Positions 1 through 9,227 are shown, counted from the stretch's first letter. The stretch is DNA of 64,000 nt from Flavobacteriales bacterium (GCA_016788485.1 JAEUSV010000048.1:13956-77955); one strand, 5' to 3'. The notes: generated by a model not told the origin, from the letters alone. A program made the numbers and translations.

Positions 1-1
1 C

Positions 2-79
2 TGCGACCGCATCACCATCACCTGCACCAAGGGTGAACGCCAGGTGCTCGAACGCCACCTGATCCGCGTCCGACCATGA
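2..79 (+). CDS. 3-prime end of an upstream ORF cut by the window edge (product unknown; same operon as the pseudopilin gene)
   Basis: Frame +2 is open from the window edge (..CDRITITCTKGERQVLERHLIRVRP*). Its TGA overlaps the ATG of the next gene (ATGA at 76-79), a typical translational-coupling junction. Confidence 0.3.
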   Translation, partial: CDRITITCTKGERQVLERHLIRVRP

Positions 80-567
80 ACCGCGTGCCCGCCTTCACCC
101 TGCTTGAGGTCCTCGTTTCGCTGCTGCTGCTGGCGATCGTGGGGGGGCTGGTCTTCGTGGTGCTGCAGACCCTTGCCGAGGGCACCGGGACCGCCGGCAC
201 CGCTGCGGTCGCCGCCCGCGATCGACTCTGGCTCGAGCAGGCCCTGCGGGCCGACCTGGAGCGTGCTGACCGCCTGAGCCTCGGTCCACAAGGCTCCATT
301 GAACTGGCGAACGATACCGCGCGCTGGACCTACCGCTTCACGCCCGACAGCGCCTTGCGCCAGGCGGATGGCGTACCCGCCGGTGGCTGGGCGGTGCCCG
401 GCATCACCGTGGCCCACGTTCCCGTACGGCCCGGCATGGCGCTGCTGGCGGAGCTTACGCTGGAGATGGGGGGGGCGCCGCAGCAACGCCTCGTGCTCGT
501 GAAGCACTACGACCGCGCCACACCCGCCCGCGAAACGCTTGCTCATGGCCATACCGATCCATACTGA
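76..567 (+). CDS. minor pseudopilin (prepilin-type N-terminal cleavage domain protein, GspH/I/J class)
   Basis: N-terminus MNRVPAFTLLEVLVSLLLLAIVGG is a class III signal: short leader, F at +1, E at +5, hydrophobic helix. 163 aa, directly upstream of the platform gene. Subtype cannot be assigned by eye. Confidence 0.75.
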   Translation: MNRVPAFTLLEVLVSLLLLAIVGGLVFVVLQTLAEGTGTAGTAAVAARDRLWLEQALRADLERADRLSLGPQGSIELANDTARWTYRFTPDSALRQADGVPAGGWAVPGITVAHVPVRPGMALLAELTLEMGGAPQQRLVLVKHYDRATPARETLAHGHTDPY

Positions 568-1684
568 GGCCAAGGCACGTCGTGTTCTGCCCACTGCGGC
601 CAAGCCGCCATGGGGCCACCGGGTGCGATCGTGGTGGGCCGCACAGGGGGCACAGGTGCCCAACGACGTGCGCAAGGAGCGCCTCTACCGCGAGCTTTCG
701 GTGCTCTTGCAGGCCGGCGTGGACCCGCGCTCCGTGCTCGACCTGCTCGTGAAGGCCCAGACCGATGCGCAGCTCCGGAAGGTCCTGGAGGCCTTGCGCG
801 GCCATGTGCTACGCGGCAGCACCTTGAGCGAGGCCATGGCCGCCGAGCCGGCCTTTACCGACCACGAGCGCTTCAGCGTGCGCATCGGGGAGGAGAGCGG
901 CCGCACCACCGAGGTCTTCCTGCAGCTGGCCCGCTACTACGCCGACCGCGTCAAGCTCAAGCGCCTGGTGCGCCAGGCCTTCGCGTACCCGCTGTTCGTG
1001 CTGGCCGTTACCATGGGCGTGGTGCTGTTCATGATGAACGTGATCGTGCCCATGTTCGCCCAGGTGTTCGCACGCACGGGCTCCGAGCTGCCCGCGCTCA
1101 CGCGCCTGGTGCTGCGGGTGGCCGCGGCCTTCCAGCTGCTGTGGCCGTACATGCTGGCCTCTCTCGTCACTGCGACGGTGATCGTGCTGCGGGTGCGGAA
1201 GCGGGCCGACGTGCAGGCCGTGACCGAACGGGTCCTGTGGCGCCTGCCGGTGCTGGGGCCCATGCGCCGCCGCACGTTACTGGCCCGGGTGTGCGGCTCC
1301 ATGGCCTTCCTGTTGCAGGCGGGCACCCCGCTGGACAAGGCCCTGGAGCTTACCGGCCGCATGTGCGGTTCGCCCCGCCTCGCCCGGGCCTTCGCCGACA
1401 TCCGCCAGCGGGTGGTGCGCGGCGGTTCGCTGCGCGATGGCCTCGCCGCCCATGCCGAGTTCGATGCCCAGCTGGTGGCCATGGTGGGCGTGGCCGAGGA
1501 GGTGAAGCAGCTGGACCGCATGTTCGAACGCCTCGCCGAGGCCTACACCGCCGATGTGCAGCACCGCACCGCCCTCCTCGGCAGCGTGCTCGAACCCGCC
1601 ACCATCCTGGTGATCGCCGTGCTCGTGGGCACGGTGCTGGTGGCCATGTACCTGCCCATGTTCAAGCTAAGCACGGCGATGTGA
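539..1684 (+). CDS. gspF: type II secretion / type IV pilus inner-membrane platform protein (GspF/PilC family)
   Basis: Polytopic 381-aa protein with two internally similar halves (..YRELSVLLQAGVDPRSVLDLL.. and ..MAFLLQAGTPLDKALELT..), typical of duplicated T2SSF domains. C-terminus ..VLVAMYLPMFKLSTAM. The ATG at 539 overlaps the previous gene by 29 nt, so the true start is uncertain. Confidence 0.85.
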   Translation: MLMAIPIHTEAKARRVLPTAAKPPWGHRVRSWWAAQGAQVPNDVRKERLYRELSVLLQAGVDPRSVLDLLVKAQTDAQLRKVLEALRGHVLRGSTLSEAMAAEPAFTDHERFSVRIGEESGRTTEVFLQLARYYADRVKLKRLVRQAFAYPLFVLAVTMGVVLFMMNVIVPMFAQVFARTGSELPALTRLVLRVAAAFQLLWPYMLASLVTATVIVLRVRKRADVQAVTERVLWRLPVLGPMRRRTLLARVCGSMAFLLQAGTPLDKALELTGRMCGSPRLARAFADIRQRVVRGGSLRDGLAAHAEFDAQLVAMVGVAEEVKQLDRMFERLAEAYTADVQHRTALLGSVLEPATILVIAVLVGTVLVAMYLPMFKLSTAM

Positions 1685-1688
1685 CGGC

Positions 1689-2204
1689 CTAGTGCTTGGT
1701 CAAGACGCGTTCCGTGTTGTTCAGGCTGAGCACCACGCTGTCCGATAGCACGGACACGACACGTAGTCCATTGTGCTCCCCACCCGCCCGCAAGGCCACA
1801 TCGCGACCATCGATGGCCAGCAAGGCCACCCGCTTGCCGGGCGGGCCGCTCGCGTTCAAGGCGCCCTTGTAGGCGAGCTGGGGCCAGTGCGCCGCGGGTG
1901 CGGGTGCTGGCGGTGGCGCATGCGCCGCAGGCGCAGCTGTCGGGACGTTCCGGGCGGTGGCCGCCACCGGTGCCGTTCGCTCGGTCGGCCGCGCACCGCT
2001 GCCGTCCAGGAAGGGGTCGCGCGGCCAGTTCAAGGCCAGGGGAGCCTCCGTTGCGGGTGCTGCGGCGGTCGCCTGCCGGGCGGGGATCGCCGCTTGTTCC
2101 AAGGGGGCTTCCACCGGCCTGCGGAAGAAGGCCTTCACCAGCACGGCGCCCCACACCCCCAAGGCCACCAGCACCAAGCCGATGCGCAGCAGCTTCGGGT
2201 TCAT
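1689..2204 (-). CDS. GspC/PilP-like bitopic membrane protein (function assignment tentative)
   Basis: N-terminal TM helix (LRIGLVLVALGVWGAVLV), a Pro/Ala-rich linker, and a C-terminal beta-rich domain (..KRVALLAIDGRDVALRAGGEHNGLRVVSVLSDSVVL..) resembling the secretin-binding HR domain of GspC/PilP. Start overlaps the stop of the upstream gene (2201-2204). Confidence 0.55.
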   Translation of the reverse strand: MNPKLLRIGLVLVALGVWGAVLVKAFFRRPVEAPLEQAAIPARQATAAAPATEAPLALNWPRDPFLDGSGARPTERTAPVAATARNVPTAAPAAHAPPPAPAPAAHWPQLAYKGALNASGPPGKRVALLAIDGRDVALRAGGEHNGLRVVSVLSDSVVLSLNNTERVLTKH

Positions 2205-3121
2205 GGGATGGTGAGCGTGCGCGCCGCCGCGCTGGTGCCGTTACCCGCCGCATCGGTGGTGCGGATGGTCCACTGGTACACGCCGGTGCCGAGGGAATCG
2301 CTGTGGCTCGTGCCCGTTACGGCCAGCCTGCGCACCGCCACCTGGTTCTGGTCGGTCACCAGCAGGCTGTCCACCGTGGCGGAGGCGTCGGTGCCGCTCT
2401 GCCATTGGAACGTGAAGGGCGCCTGGGGCAGCGTTGCGTTGGCCGCCGGGGCGATCAGCAGCGGTGCGGTGGGTGCGGTAAGGTCGATGCGGAAGCTGCG
2501 GTAGCTGAAGGCGGAGACCGATGTGCTGTTCTGCCCCTGTACGCCCCAGGTGTACAGCCCTTCGGGCAGGGCCGATAGCGCGCAGGTGGTGGTGGTGACC
2601 AGCTGCGCCTGCAGCAACGCGCCGTTCTGGTCGCCCTGGCGCAGCTCCACGCGGTAGTCCTGCGCACCGCCCAGGGCCTGCCAGCTGAGCGTGAGGGCCG
2701 TGGCGGACAGGGCGGCGTTGGCCGCCGGGCTCAGCAGAATGGGGGTGAGGTCCGCGAGGGAGGTGGCCTCCAGCACCACCAGCCGCCGCTGGTAGTAGTC
2801 GGTGTGGCTGCTGCCGTTTTCGGCCCGCACACGCCAGGTGTAGGCGCCGGGGGCCAGGGCGAAGGGGACCACCGTGCCGGTGACGACGGAGTCCACCACG
2901 TACACCTGCGGACTGATGAAGTCGGGCGTGGCGATCTGGATGCGGTACCCGGTGGCGTGCGGCACCTCCTCCCAGCGGAACTGCACCACGTTGCTGGTGG
3001 TGCTGTCCTGGTCGGGCGGGGTCAGCAGCACCACGCCCAGGCCGTCGAGGTCCTCTTCGAGGATGTCGCTGCACCCGGCGATGAGCAGGGCGGAGAGCAG
3101 GAGAAGGGGGAGGGTTCTCAT
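2201..3121 (-). CDS. lipoprotein with three tandem FN3/Ig-like domains, embedded in the secretion cluster
   Basis: Start ATG at 3121 gives MRTLPLLLLSALLIAGC (lipobox LIAGC). The upstream part of the 509-aa ORF is Arg/Pro/Ala-rich and overlaps the neighbouring gene. Three ~90-aa repeats share a pattern: FRWEEVPHATGYRIQI..YTWRVRA; LSWQALGGAQDYRVEL..YTWGVQG; FQWQSG..YQWTIRT. Confidence 0.75.
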   Translation of the reverse strand: MRTLPLLLLSALLIAGCSDILEEDLDGLGVVLLTPPDQDSTTSNVVQFRWEEVPHATGYRIQIATPDFISPQVYVVDSVVTGTVVPFALAPGAYTWRVRAENGSSHTDYYQRRLVVLEATSLADLTPILLSPAANAALSATALTLSWQALGGAQDYRVELRQGDQNGALLQAQLVTTTTCALSALPEGLYTWGVQGQNSTSVSAFSYRSFRIDLTAPTAPLLIAPAANATLPQAPFTFQWQSGTDASATVDSLLVTDQNQVAVRRLAVTGTSHSDSLGTGVYQWTIRTTDAAGNGTSAAARTLTIP

Positions 3122-3657
3122 GGCGAAACGGTGCGGAAGGTGAGGGTGGCCAGCAGGGTGCGCGAGCGGCTTAAGTGGGCCGGCGGCACGTGCAGGTCGA
3201 GCGAGGCGAGGTGCACACCGGGGAGCTCGCGCTCCAGGCGGTCGGCGCTGGTGAGCAGGGCATCGGCCCGCCCTTGGAGCACCACGGGCAGGGAGCGGAC
3301 GGTGAGGCCCTGGGTGCTTTCCACGTGTTCGGCGCTCACCTCGTGCAGCGCGGCACCGCCATCGTGGCCGAAGGCCGTGGTGCGCGCCAGCAGTTCGCTC
3401 CAGCGGTCGGCACCGGCGCGGCCGGCGTTGAGCTGGCGGTCCAGCCGGCCGAGCTGCGCGTGCAGGCGCGCCTGCTCGTGGCGGAGCTCGGCGGTGCTCG
3501 CCAGTTCGGCCTGTGCCGCATGCAGCTCCTGCCACGCCCGCAGGGTGGGCAGCAGCTTGCGTTGCACGAAGACGTAGCCCAATGCGCACACCACCACGGC
3601 CAGCAGCAGGAACTTGCGCTGGTGGTCCAGGTGGAAGGTGGTGGTGCCGGTGCTCAT
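3118..3657 (-). CDS. GspM/PilO-like assembly protein
   Basis: Start ATG at 3657 (MSTGTTTFHLDHQRKFLLLAVVVCALGYVFV). Short cytoplasmic tail, one TM helix, a coiled coil (RAWQELHAAQAELASTAELRHEQARLHAQLGRLDRQL) and a C-terminal alpha/beta domain. 179 aa, with 4-nt overlaps to both neighbours. Confidence 0.6.
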   Translation of the reverse strand: MSTGTTTFHLDHQRKFLLLAVVVCALGYVFVQRKLLPTLRAWQELHAAQAELASTAELRHEQARLHAQLGRLDRQLNAGRAGADRWSELLARTTAFGHDGGAALHEVSAEHVESTQGLTVRSLPVVLQGRADALLTSADRLERELPGVHLASLDLHVPPAHLSRSRTLLATLTFRTVSP

Positions 3658-4847
3658 GTGGTGATCTCCAGGTCGAACACGGGGTCGCCGCCGTCGGCGG
3701 CCAGCCGGTAGCCGAGCAGGCGCACCCCACGCACCCCGCGCACGGTGCGCAGGCTGTCCATCCACGCGTTCAGCAGCTCGGTGCGGGCGCAGGTGCCGCG
3801 CACCAAGGCCACGCCGCGGGCGATGCGCACCGGCTCGCGCTCCTGCAGCGGTGCCTGCAACGGGTCCAGGGCCAGGCGGTCCAGGCGGATGCCGGCGGGC
3901 ACCGTGGCGGCGATCGCCGCGGCCTGCACCGCGAGGCGGCGCAGGCTGTCCACGCCCAGGGCCTGGGCCAGGGCCTGCCGCTCCTGCAACAGCTGCCGCT
4001 CCTGTTCCACCGCCTTCAGCAGGGCCACGCGGTCCTGCACGTTGCCATCGGTGCGCGCGCGTTCCGCGGCCACCGTGCGCTGCAGCGCCCATTCGCCGCC
4101 GAAGAGGATCACGAAGAGCAGCAGGGCGCCCACCAGCAGCCGTTCGTACCGCAGGCGGGCCTTCTCCTGCGAGCGGGCGCCCAGCACCAGGTCGGCGTGG
4201 GTGCTGGCGCGTGCTTCCGTGGGCACCGCCCAGGCCCATGCGGTGGCGAAGGCGAGCGCCTGCGCGGCGGGCAGCCTGTCGGGGCCCAGCTGGATCATGG
4301 CGGCGCCGTCCGCGTCAACGCGTTCCAGTCGCAAGGACCCTTCGGCGCGCACGAAACGGGAGCGGTGCAGGGTGAGCGCATCGTCGGCACTGCCGAGCAG
4401 GGGCGCCAGGCCGAGCAGGTCCCAGGGGCCGATGGTGAGGTCGACCACGCGCGCACCGGCGGACTCGAACGGCGCGAGCAGTTCCAGGGCCTGGGCGCGG
4501 CGCATCATGCTGCAGCCGCTGGCGCCCGAGTGTGCACGCACGCTCACGCACAGGTCGTCCACCGGCGCGTTGGGGAAGGCCAGGGGCAGCAGGTCGTGCA
4601 ACGGGCCTTCGGCGGCCACCGCACGATGCACGCACCGCTCATGGTCGATGCACAGCGCCATGGGCACGCGTGTGCCGGTGGTCTTCAGCAGCTCCTCGGC
4701 CGTGGCGGCCGTTCCATGCGCGATCAGGTGCATGGCCTTGCGGCCGCGCCGCAGGTGCACCCAGGTGTAGGGCCGATCCTCCTGCAGGGGACCGATGGCC
4801 ACGCCCACCACCTGCCCTGCGCCCACGTACAGTCCACCCTGGTCCAT
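3654..4847 (-). CDS. GspL-like assembly protein (PilM-PilN fusion architecture)
   Basis: 397 aa: a ~220-aa cytoplasmic domain, a central TM helix (LLVGALLLFVILFGG), then a coiled coil and a periplasmic domain. This architecture and size match GspL. Direct sequence similarity is weak by eye. Confidence 0.55.
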   Translation of the reverse strand: MDQGGLYVGAGQVVGVAIGPLQEDRPYTWVHLRRGRKAMHLIAHGTAATAEELLKTTGTRVPMALCIDHERCVHRAVAAEGPLHDLLPLAFPNAPVDDLCVSVRAHSGASGCSMMRRAQALELLAPFESAGARVVDLTIGPWDLLGLAPLLGSADDALTLHRSRFVRAEGSLRLERVDADGAAMIQLGPDRLPAAQALAFATAWAWAVPTEARASTHADLVLGARSQEKARLRYERLLVGALLLFVILFGGEWALQRTVAAERARTDGNVQDRVALLKAVEQERQLLQERQALAQALGVDSLRRLAVQAAAIAATVPAGIRLDRLALDPLQAPLQEREPVRIARGVALVRGTCARTELLNAWMDSLRTVRGVRGVRLLGYRLAADGGDPVFDLEITT

Positions 4848-4850
4848 GGC

Positions 4851-6740
4851 TCAGTAGATGATGGTGGGGCGGATGAAGATGGTGAGCTTGCTCTGGCTGT
4901 TCTTGCTGGTGCGCGAACCGAAGAACCACTTGAGCACGGGGATGCGCGAAAGGAAGGGCAGGCCGCTGCCGCTCTTGCTGGTCTCCTTTTCCTCCAGGCC
5001 GCCGAGCACGATCATGTCCCGGTCCTTCACGCGCACGCTGCTGCTGAACTTGCGGGCCACCGTGCCGGGCGGGGCGGTCTCGCTGATGCGGGTGGTGAAG
5101 GTGCTCTGGTTCACCTCGATGTTCAGCGTCACCATGTCCTCGCTGCTCACGATGGGCATGATCTTCAGGTTGAGGTCGGCGGTGACGGGCTTGTAGACCT
5201 GCGAGGTGGTCACGGTGGGGTTCTGCGTGCCGATGAGGTCGTTGCGCACCTCCAGGTAATACTCGGTCTCGCCGATGCTCAGGGTGGCCTCGTGCCCGTT
5301 GAGCGTGGCGAGCTGGGGCGTGCTGCGCAGCTTCAGCACCCCGTCGGTCTCCAGGGCCTGGATGCTCACGTAGAAGCCGGGGGCCACGTTGCCCAGGTTG
5401 AACACGCCGGCGCCGTTGAAGCTGTTGAGCAGGCTGTTGATGGAGCCCGCGTTGAGGTCGTAGCTGATGCCGGGCAGGATGGTGCCGCCGCTGTTCTGCG
5501 GCCCGCCGCCCAGCCCCGCCTTCAGGCCCGTGCTCAGGGTGCGCGAGCGGTTCACGTCCACGATCATCACCTCGATCATCACCACGGGCACCACCTGGTC
5601 GATGCTGCGCAGAAAGGCCTTGATCTCCTCGATGCGGTGCTGGTCGCCGCTGAGCACGAAACCGTTCAGCTCCACGAACTCGGCGATGGTGACGTTCTTG
5701 CGGATGCCCTCGGGCACGGCGGCGGCCAGGTCCTTCACGGGGCGGTTGTGCAGGCGCACCAGCTCGGTGTGGCGCAGGCCCTCCTGGTCGCGCTTGCCGA
5801 TGAGGTACACGCCTTCGCGCGTGCGGTAGGTGTAGTCGCTGCCGTTGAGCACTTGCGCGAGCACCTCGTCGTACGTGGCCTGCTCCACGCTGAAGGTGCA
5901 GGTGCCCTCGACGGCATCGTAGAAGTAGTAGCTCTTGCCCAGGGTGCTGCTCACCGTGGCGATCACGTCCTTGCGGGGCGCATCGAGCGCGTCGATCTTC
6001 AGCCAGCGGCCGTCGGTGAGGTCCACGCTCAGGCCGCTCTGGGCGCTGGTCTCCGCGCCGGCCGGCCGGCCGCCCCCCTTGGCCGTTCCCGCTGCGGGGG
6101 CGTTGGCCTTCAGCAGGAAGGCGCCGTCGCGCGCGCGGTCCACGCTGAGCCCGTTGGCGTAGGCGAGCTTCTCCAGGGCGCCGGTGAGCGGGGTGTTCTT
6201 CACGAACACGCTCACCAGCCGGTCCTCCAGTCCGGGCGCCAGCACCACGTTGGTGCCGGTGGCGAGCGTAAGGGCGCGCACCACGGCGGAGAGGGTGTCG
6301 CGGTGCAGGTCGAGCGCGAGCCACGCGCTGTCCGCCTGGTAGCTCACCGAAGGGCCCTGGTCCACGGGTGGCGGCGGTGCCAGCACGGGCGGCCGGTAGG
6401 GCTTCAGCGCCAGGATGGAGCCGATCTGCTCCAGGTCCAGGTCGAAGGTCTTGCACAGGTACAGCAGCACGTCGGCCACGCGGGCGTTGGTGAAGGTGTT
6501 GACCACCTCGCCCTTCACCTGCGGGTCCACGCTGATGTTGAGGTCGTGGGCCAGGCCGAGGGCGCGGGCGAACTCGGTGACCTGCGTGCCGCTCACGCTC
6601 ATCTCCACGCGGCCATCGAGCCCGGGCTGGTCGGCGATGGCGGCATCGAGCCGGGTGCGGATGGCCTCGAAACGGTCCTGCGCCAGGGCCGGTGCCAGCA
6701 GGGCCGGCAACGCGAGCAGCAAAAGGAGCAGGCGTATCAT
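4851..6740 (-). CDS. gspD: secretin (GspD/PilQ family outer-membrane channel)
   Basis: Start ATG at 6740 gives signal peptide MIRLLLLLLALPALLAPALAQ. The C-terminal secretin core ..DMIVLGGLEEKETSKSGSGLPFLSRIPVLKWFFGSRTSKNSQSKLTIFIRPTIIY is the family hallmark. Confidence 0.9.
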   Translation of the reverse strand: MIRLLLLLLALPALLAPALAQDRFEAIRTRLDAAIADQPGLDGRVEMSVSGTQVTEFARALGLAHDLNISVDPQVKGEVVNTFTNARVADVLLYLCKTFDLDLEQIGSILALKPYRPPVLAPPPPVDQGPSVSYQADSAWLALDLHRDTLSAVVRALTLATGTNVVLAPGLEDRLVSVFVKNTPLTGALEKLAYANGLSVDRARDGAFLLKANAPAAGTAKGGGRPAGAETSAQSGLSVDLTDGRWLKIDALDAPRKDVIATVSSTLGKSYYFYDAVEGTCTFSVEQATYDEVLAQVLNGSDYTYRTREGVYLIGKRDQEGLRHTELVRLHNRPVKDLAAAVPEGIRKNVTIAEFVELNGFVLSGDQHRIEEIKAFLRSIDQVVPVVMIEVMIVDVNRSRTLSTGLKAGLGGGPQNSGGTILPGISYDLNAGSINSLLNSFNGAGVFNLGNVAPGFYVSIQALETDGVLKLRSTPQLATLNGHEATLSIGETEYYLEVRNDLIGTQNPTVTTSQVYKPVTADLNLKIMPIVSSEDMVTLNIEVNQSTFTTRISETAPPGTVARKFSSSVRVKDRDMIVLGGLEEKETSKSGSGLPFLSRIPVLKWFFGSRTSKNSQSKLTIFIRPTIIY

Positions 6741-6744
6741 GGGC

Positions 6745-8154
6745 TCAAGCGGCGCTGAACAGGGGATGGACCTCCTCCAGGCTCGTGCGCTGGTCGCGCA
6801 GCAGCTCGTAGGCGCTGGCGGCCAGGGTGCGGATGCCTTTGCGGCCGAGCACGGCGCCGGCATCGTGCGTGCCGGTGCGCAGCAGCTCGGCGAGCTCGCC
6901 ATCGAGCCGCAGCACCTCGTACACCGCCTGCCGGCCCTTGTAGCCGGTGTAGTGGCATGCGGTGCAGCCCACGGCCACGGCATGGGCGTGCAGCGCACCG
7001 GGCAGCTTCAGCCCCGGCGCCAGGCCCGCCTCCCACGGCGCCGTGCGCTTGCAGGCAGGGCACAGCAGGCGCACCAGCCGCTGCGCCACGCTGGTGTTGA
7101 GCGTGGCGGCCACCAGGAAGGGGGGTACCCCCATGTCCATCAACCGGCTCAGGGTGCCCCACGCGCTGTTGGTGTGGATGGTGCTGAGCACCAGGTGGCC
7201 GGTGAGCGCGGCGCGGATGGCCATCTGCGCGGTCTCGGCATCGCGGATCTCGCCGAGCATGATCACGTCGGGGTCCTGCCGCAGGAAGGTGCGCAGGGCC
7301 TGGGCGAAGGTGAGCCCGATGCCTTCGCGCAGCTGCACCTGGTTGATGCCCTCCAGCGTGTACTCGATCGGGTCCTCCACGGTCACCACGTTGCGGCGCA
7401 CCTCGTTCAGCTGCTTCAGCGTGGCGTACAGCGTGGTGGTCTTGCCGCTGCCGGTGGGACCGCTGATGAGCACGATGCCGTGCGGGCGCCGGACACCGTC
7501 CTGGTAGTCGGCGAGCTGCCGCGCGTCCATGCCCAGGTCGTCGATGCGCAGGTGGCCCGCGTCCTGGCCCAGCAGGCGCAGCACCACCTTTTCGCCGTGC
7601 AGGGTGGGCAGCACGCTCACGCGGATGTCGCTGCGCTGACCCTCGCGTTCCAGCACCATGCGGCCGTCCTGCGGCAGGCGCTTCTCGCTGATGTCGAGCC
7701 CGGCCTGCACCTTCACGCGGTTCACCAGCGCGGGGTGGTCGGCCTTGCCGTAGCGGTAGCGCTCCACGAGCAGGCCGTCGATGCGGATGCGTACGCGGGC
7801 GGCATCGGCGTAGACCTCGATGTGGATGTCGCTGCTGCCGAGCTGCCGGGCCTCGTGCACCAGGTCGTGCAACAGGTGCTCCGCGCCGCGCGCGCCCAGG
7901 TCGATGCGGCGGCTGGGCTGCCCCGTGCGCCGGTAGTGCGTGCCCAAGGCGCGCTCCAGCTCCACCGGGTCGGCGGCCTTCAGGGCGATGGGCGCCCCCA
8001 GCAGCACCTCCAGCTCCTGCCGCAGGGCCTCGTCGCCGGGGCGGTCGCTCAGCAGCAGCGTGCGGCCGTCAGCCTCGCCGGCGGGCACCACGCGGTAGTG
8101 CCAGGCCTGGTCGGGCGTGAGCAGGTCGCGCTGGGCGGTGGTGGGCTCAGCCAT
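6745..8154 (-). CDS. gspE: GspE/PilB family secretion ATPase
   Basis: Start ATG at 8154 (MAEPTTAQRD..). Walker A GPTGSGKTTTLYA, Walker B/Asp box ..VIMLGEIRD.., His box ..TGHLVLSTIHTN.., and a tetracysteine CPAC..CTAC zinc motif. Confidence 0.9.
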   Translation of the reverse strand: MAEPTTAQRDLLTPDQAWHYRVVPAGEADGRTLLLSDRPGDEALRQELEVLLGAPIALKAADPVELERALGTHYRRTGQPSRRIDLGARGAEHLLHDLVHEARQLGSSDIHIEVYADAARVRIRIDGLLVERYRYGKADHPALVNRVKVQAGLDISEKRLPQDGRMVLEREGQRSDIRVSVLPTLHGEKVVLRLLGQDAGHLRIDDLGMDARQLADYQDGVRRPHGIVLISGPTGSGKTTTLYATLKQLNEVRRNVVTVEDPIEYTLEGINQVQLREGIGLTFAQALRTFLRQDPDVIMLGEIRDAETAQMAIRAALTGHLVLSTIHTNSAWGTLSRLMDMGVPPFLVAATLNTSVAQRLVRLLCPACKRTAPWEAGLAPGLKLPGALHAHAVAVGCTACHYTGYKGRQAVYEVLRLDGELAELLRTGTHDAGAVLGRKGIRTLAASAYELLRDQRTSLEEVHPLFSAA

Positions 8155-8695
8155 GCACGAGCAGGCTGTGGGCGAAGGCGCCGCGGTGAAGGGCGCCGAG
8201 CACGCCCAGTTGTTCCAAGGCGATCCATCCGGCAAGCCAGAGGGCCAGCAGGCCGGCGGTGGGTACGGTGGGCGCAGCCGAGGGCCGCGACCAGCGCAGC
8301 AGCAGATGGCCCAGCAGCGTGGCGATCAGGCCGGTGACGTAGTAGGGGATGAAGCGCTCGGTGCTGAGCCCGCAGGCCACCACCAGCAGGAAGAGCACAT
8401 CGCCCAGGCCGATCAGGTGGGTGAAGGGGGCGCGCCATTGCCCCTGCCGCAGCATCACCAGCGCGAGGCCCGCGCCCAGCTGCAGCACCACGAAGCCGGC
8501 ATTGAGGACCGCGCTCGCCGCCCACGCGCCGAAGGGCTGTTCCCGCATCGCAGGAATGGCCAAGGTGATCAGCAGCAGGGGAAAGAGCGCCCAATGCACC
8601 GCGCGGTGGCGGAGGTCCTCCGCAAAGACCAGCGCCAGCAGCAGCATGGAGGCGAGTTTGATCAGGGTCATGGTTCCGTGGGCTTCCGACGCCAT
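8147..8695 (-). CDS. short prepilin peptidase (peptidase A24 family, no methyltransferase domain)
   Basis: Polytopic 174-182 aa protein. The first catalytic Asp context FAEDLRHRAV and the second in GLGDVLFLL (GxGD) fit family A24. It lacks the N-terminal Cys-rich/methyltransferase region of PilD/GspO. Its stop overlaps the ATPase start by 8 nt. Alternative start ATG at 8671. Confidence 0.7.
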   Translation of the reverse strand: MASEAHGTMTLIKLASMLLLALVFAEDLRHRAVHWALFPLLLITLAIPAMREQPFGAWAASAVLNAGFVVLQLGAGLALVMLRQGQWRAPFTHLIGLGDVLFLLVVACGLSTERFIPYYVTGLIATLLGHLLLRWSRPSAAPTVPTAGLLALWLAGWIALEQLGVLGALHRGAFAHSLLVHG

Positions 8696-8810
8696 TCGTT
8701 CCGCCCTTGGCGGTTGCGCTGCATCCTCATCGCCGTATTGTGCGTCAAGCCGGTTATCTCTCTGGTCTGCTCTGCGCCTTCGCGACGCTGCGTTGCAACG
8801 GGAAGCACCA

Positions 8811-9227
8811 TTAATCCTTCACCACCTCCTTCAACTGCTTGCGGTGGTCGATCTCCCACACGTTGAAGCTGCCGTCCTGGTCGAAGTCGACCACGGCGGT
8901 GGCCCGGGCCAGGAACTGGCCGCTGCCGGCGTTCACCACCTCCACCTTGTAGTTGGCCGTGCCTCCCTCGCTCACCAAGGGCTGTTGCTGGTAGCCCAGC
9001 GCGCCCAGGTCGCCGCTGTAGGTGCTGCGCTCGTAGAAGTGCGTGCTCTCCAGGCTGTACAGGTGCTCCAGCTGCAGCTTGGCCTCGGTGGCCTTGGCGT
9101 TGGCCACCACCTGGCTGTAGTCGGGCAACGCCAGGTACACCAGGATGCCCACGATCACCAGGGCGATCAAGAGCTCGGTGAGGGTGAAGGCCGGCAGGCG
9201 GGCGGCAACAGGACGCGACAGCTTCAT
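8811..9227 (-). CDS. major (pseudo)pilin, GspG/PilA-like
   Basis: MKLSRPVAARLPA|FTLTELLIALVIVGILVYLAL: prepilin leader, F at +1, E at +5. 138 aa with no Cys. C-terminal DFDQDG (DxDxDG) loop resembles the Ca-binding site of GspG-type pseudopilins. First gene of the minus-strand cluster. Confidence 0.85.
   Translation of the reverse strand: MKLSRPVAARLPAFTLTELLIALVIVGILVYLALPDYSQVVANAKATEAKLQLEHLYSLESTHFYERSTYSGDLGALGYQQQPLVSEGGTANYKVEVVNAGSGQFLARATAVVDFDQDGSFNVWEIDHRKQLKEVVKD

Noticed and set aside
2201-3730. Long N-terminal extensions offered by the ORF track (e.g. 2201..3730, 3118..4239, 4851..6998, 6745..8235, 26346..27500, 37952..40420, 60374..61345, 60981..61904)
   Set aside because: In each case the upstream part is Arg/Pro/Ala/Gly-rich and overlaps the neighbouring gene. 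An internal ATG immediately precedes a clean signal peptide, lipobox or conserved N-terminus and gives a 4-nt coupling overlap. The shorter starts were used.
3513-6758. 1081-aa plus-strand ORF spanning the GspL-like and secretin genes
   Set aside because: It is antisense to two genes with clear family motifs. Its translation is low-complexity and rich in Ala/Gly/His/Val/Gln/Arg, with no motifs. Long antisense ORFs are expected at ~70% GC because stop codons are rare.
6415-8337. 640-aa plus-strand ORF opposite the GspE ATPase, and the similar 37496..39013 ORF opposite rlmD
   Set aside because: They are antisense to genes with Walker A/B or Fe-S/SAM motifs. Their composition is typical of spurious GC-rich ORFs.
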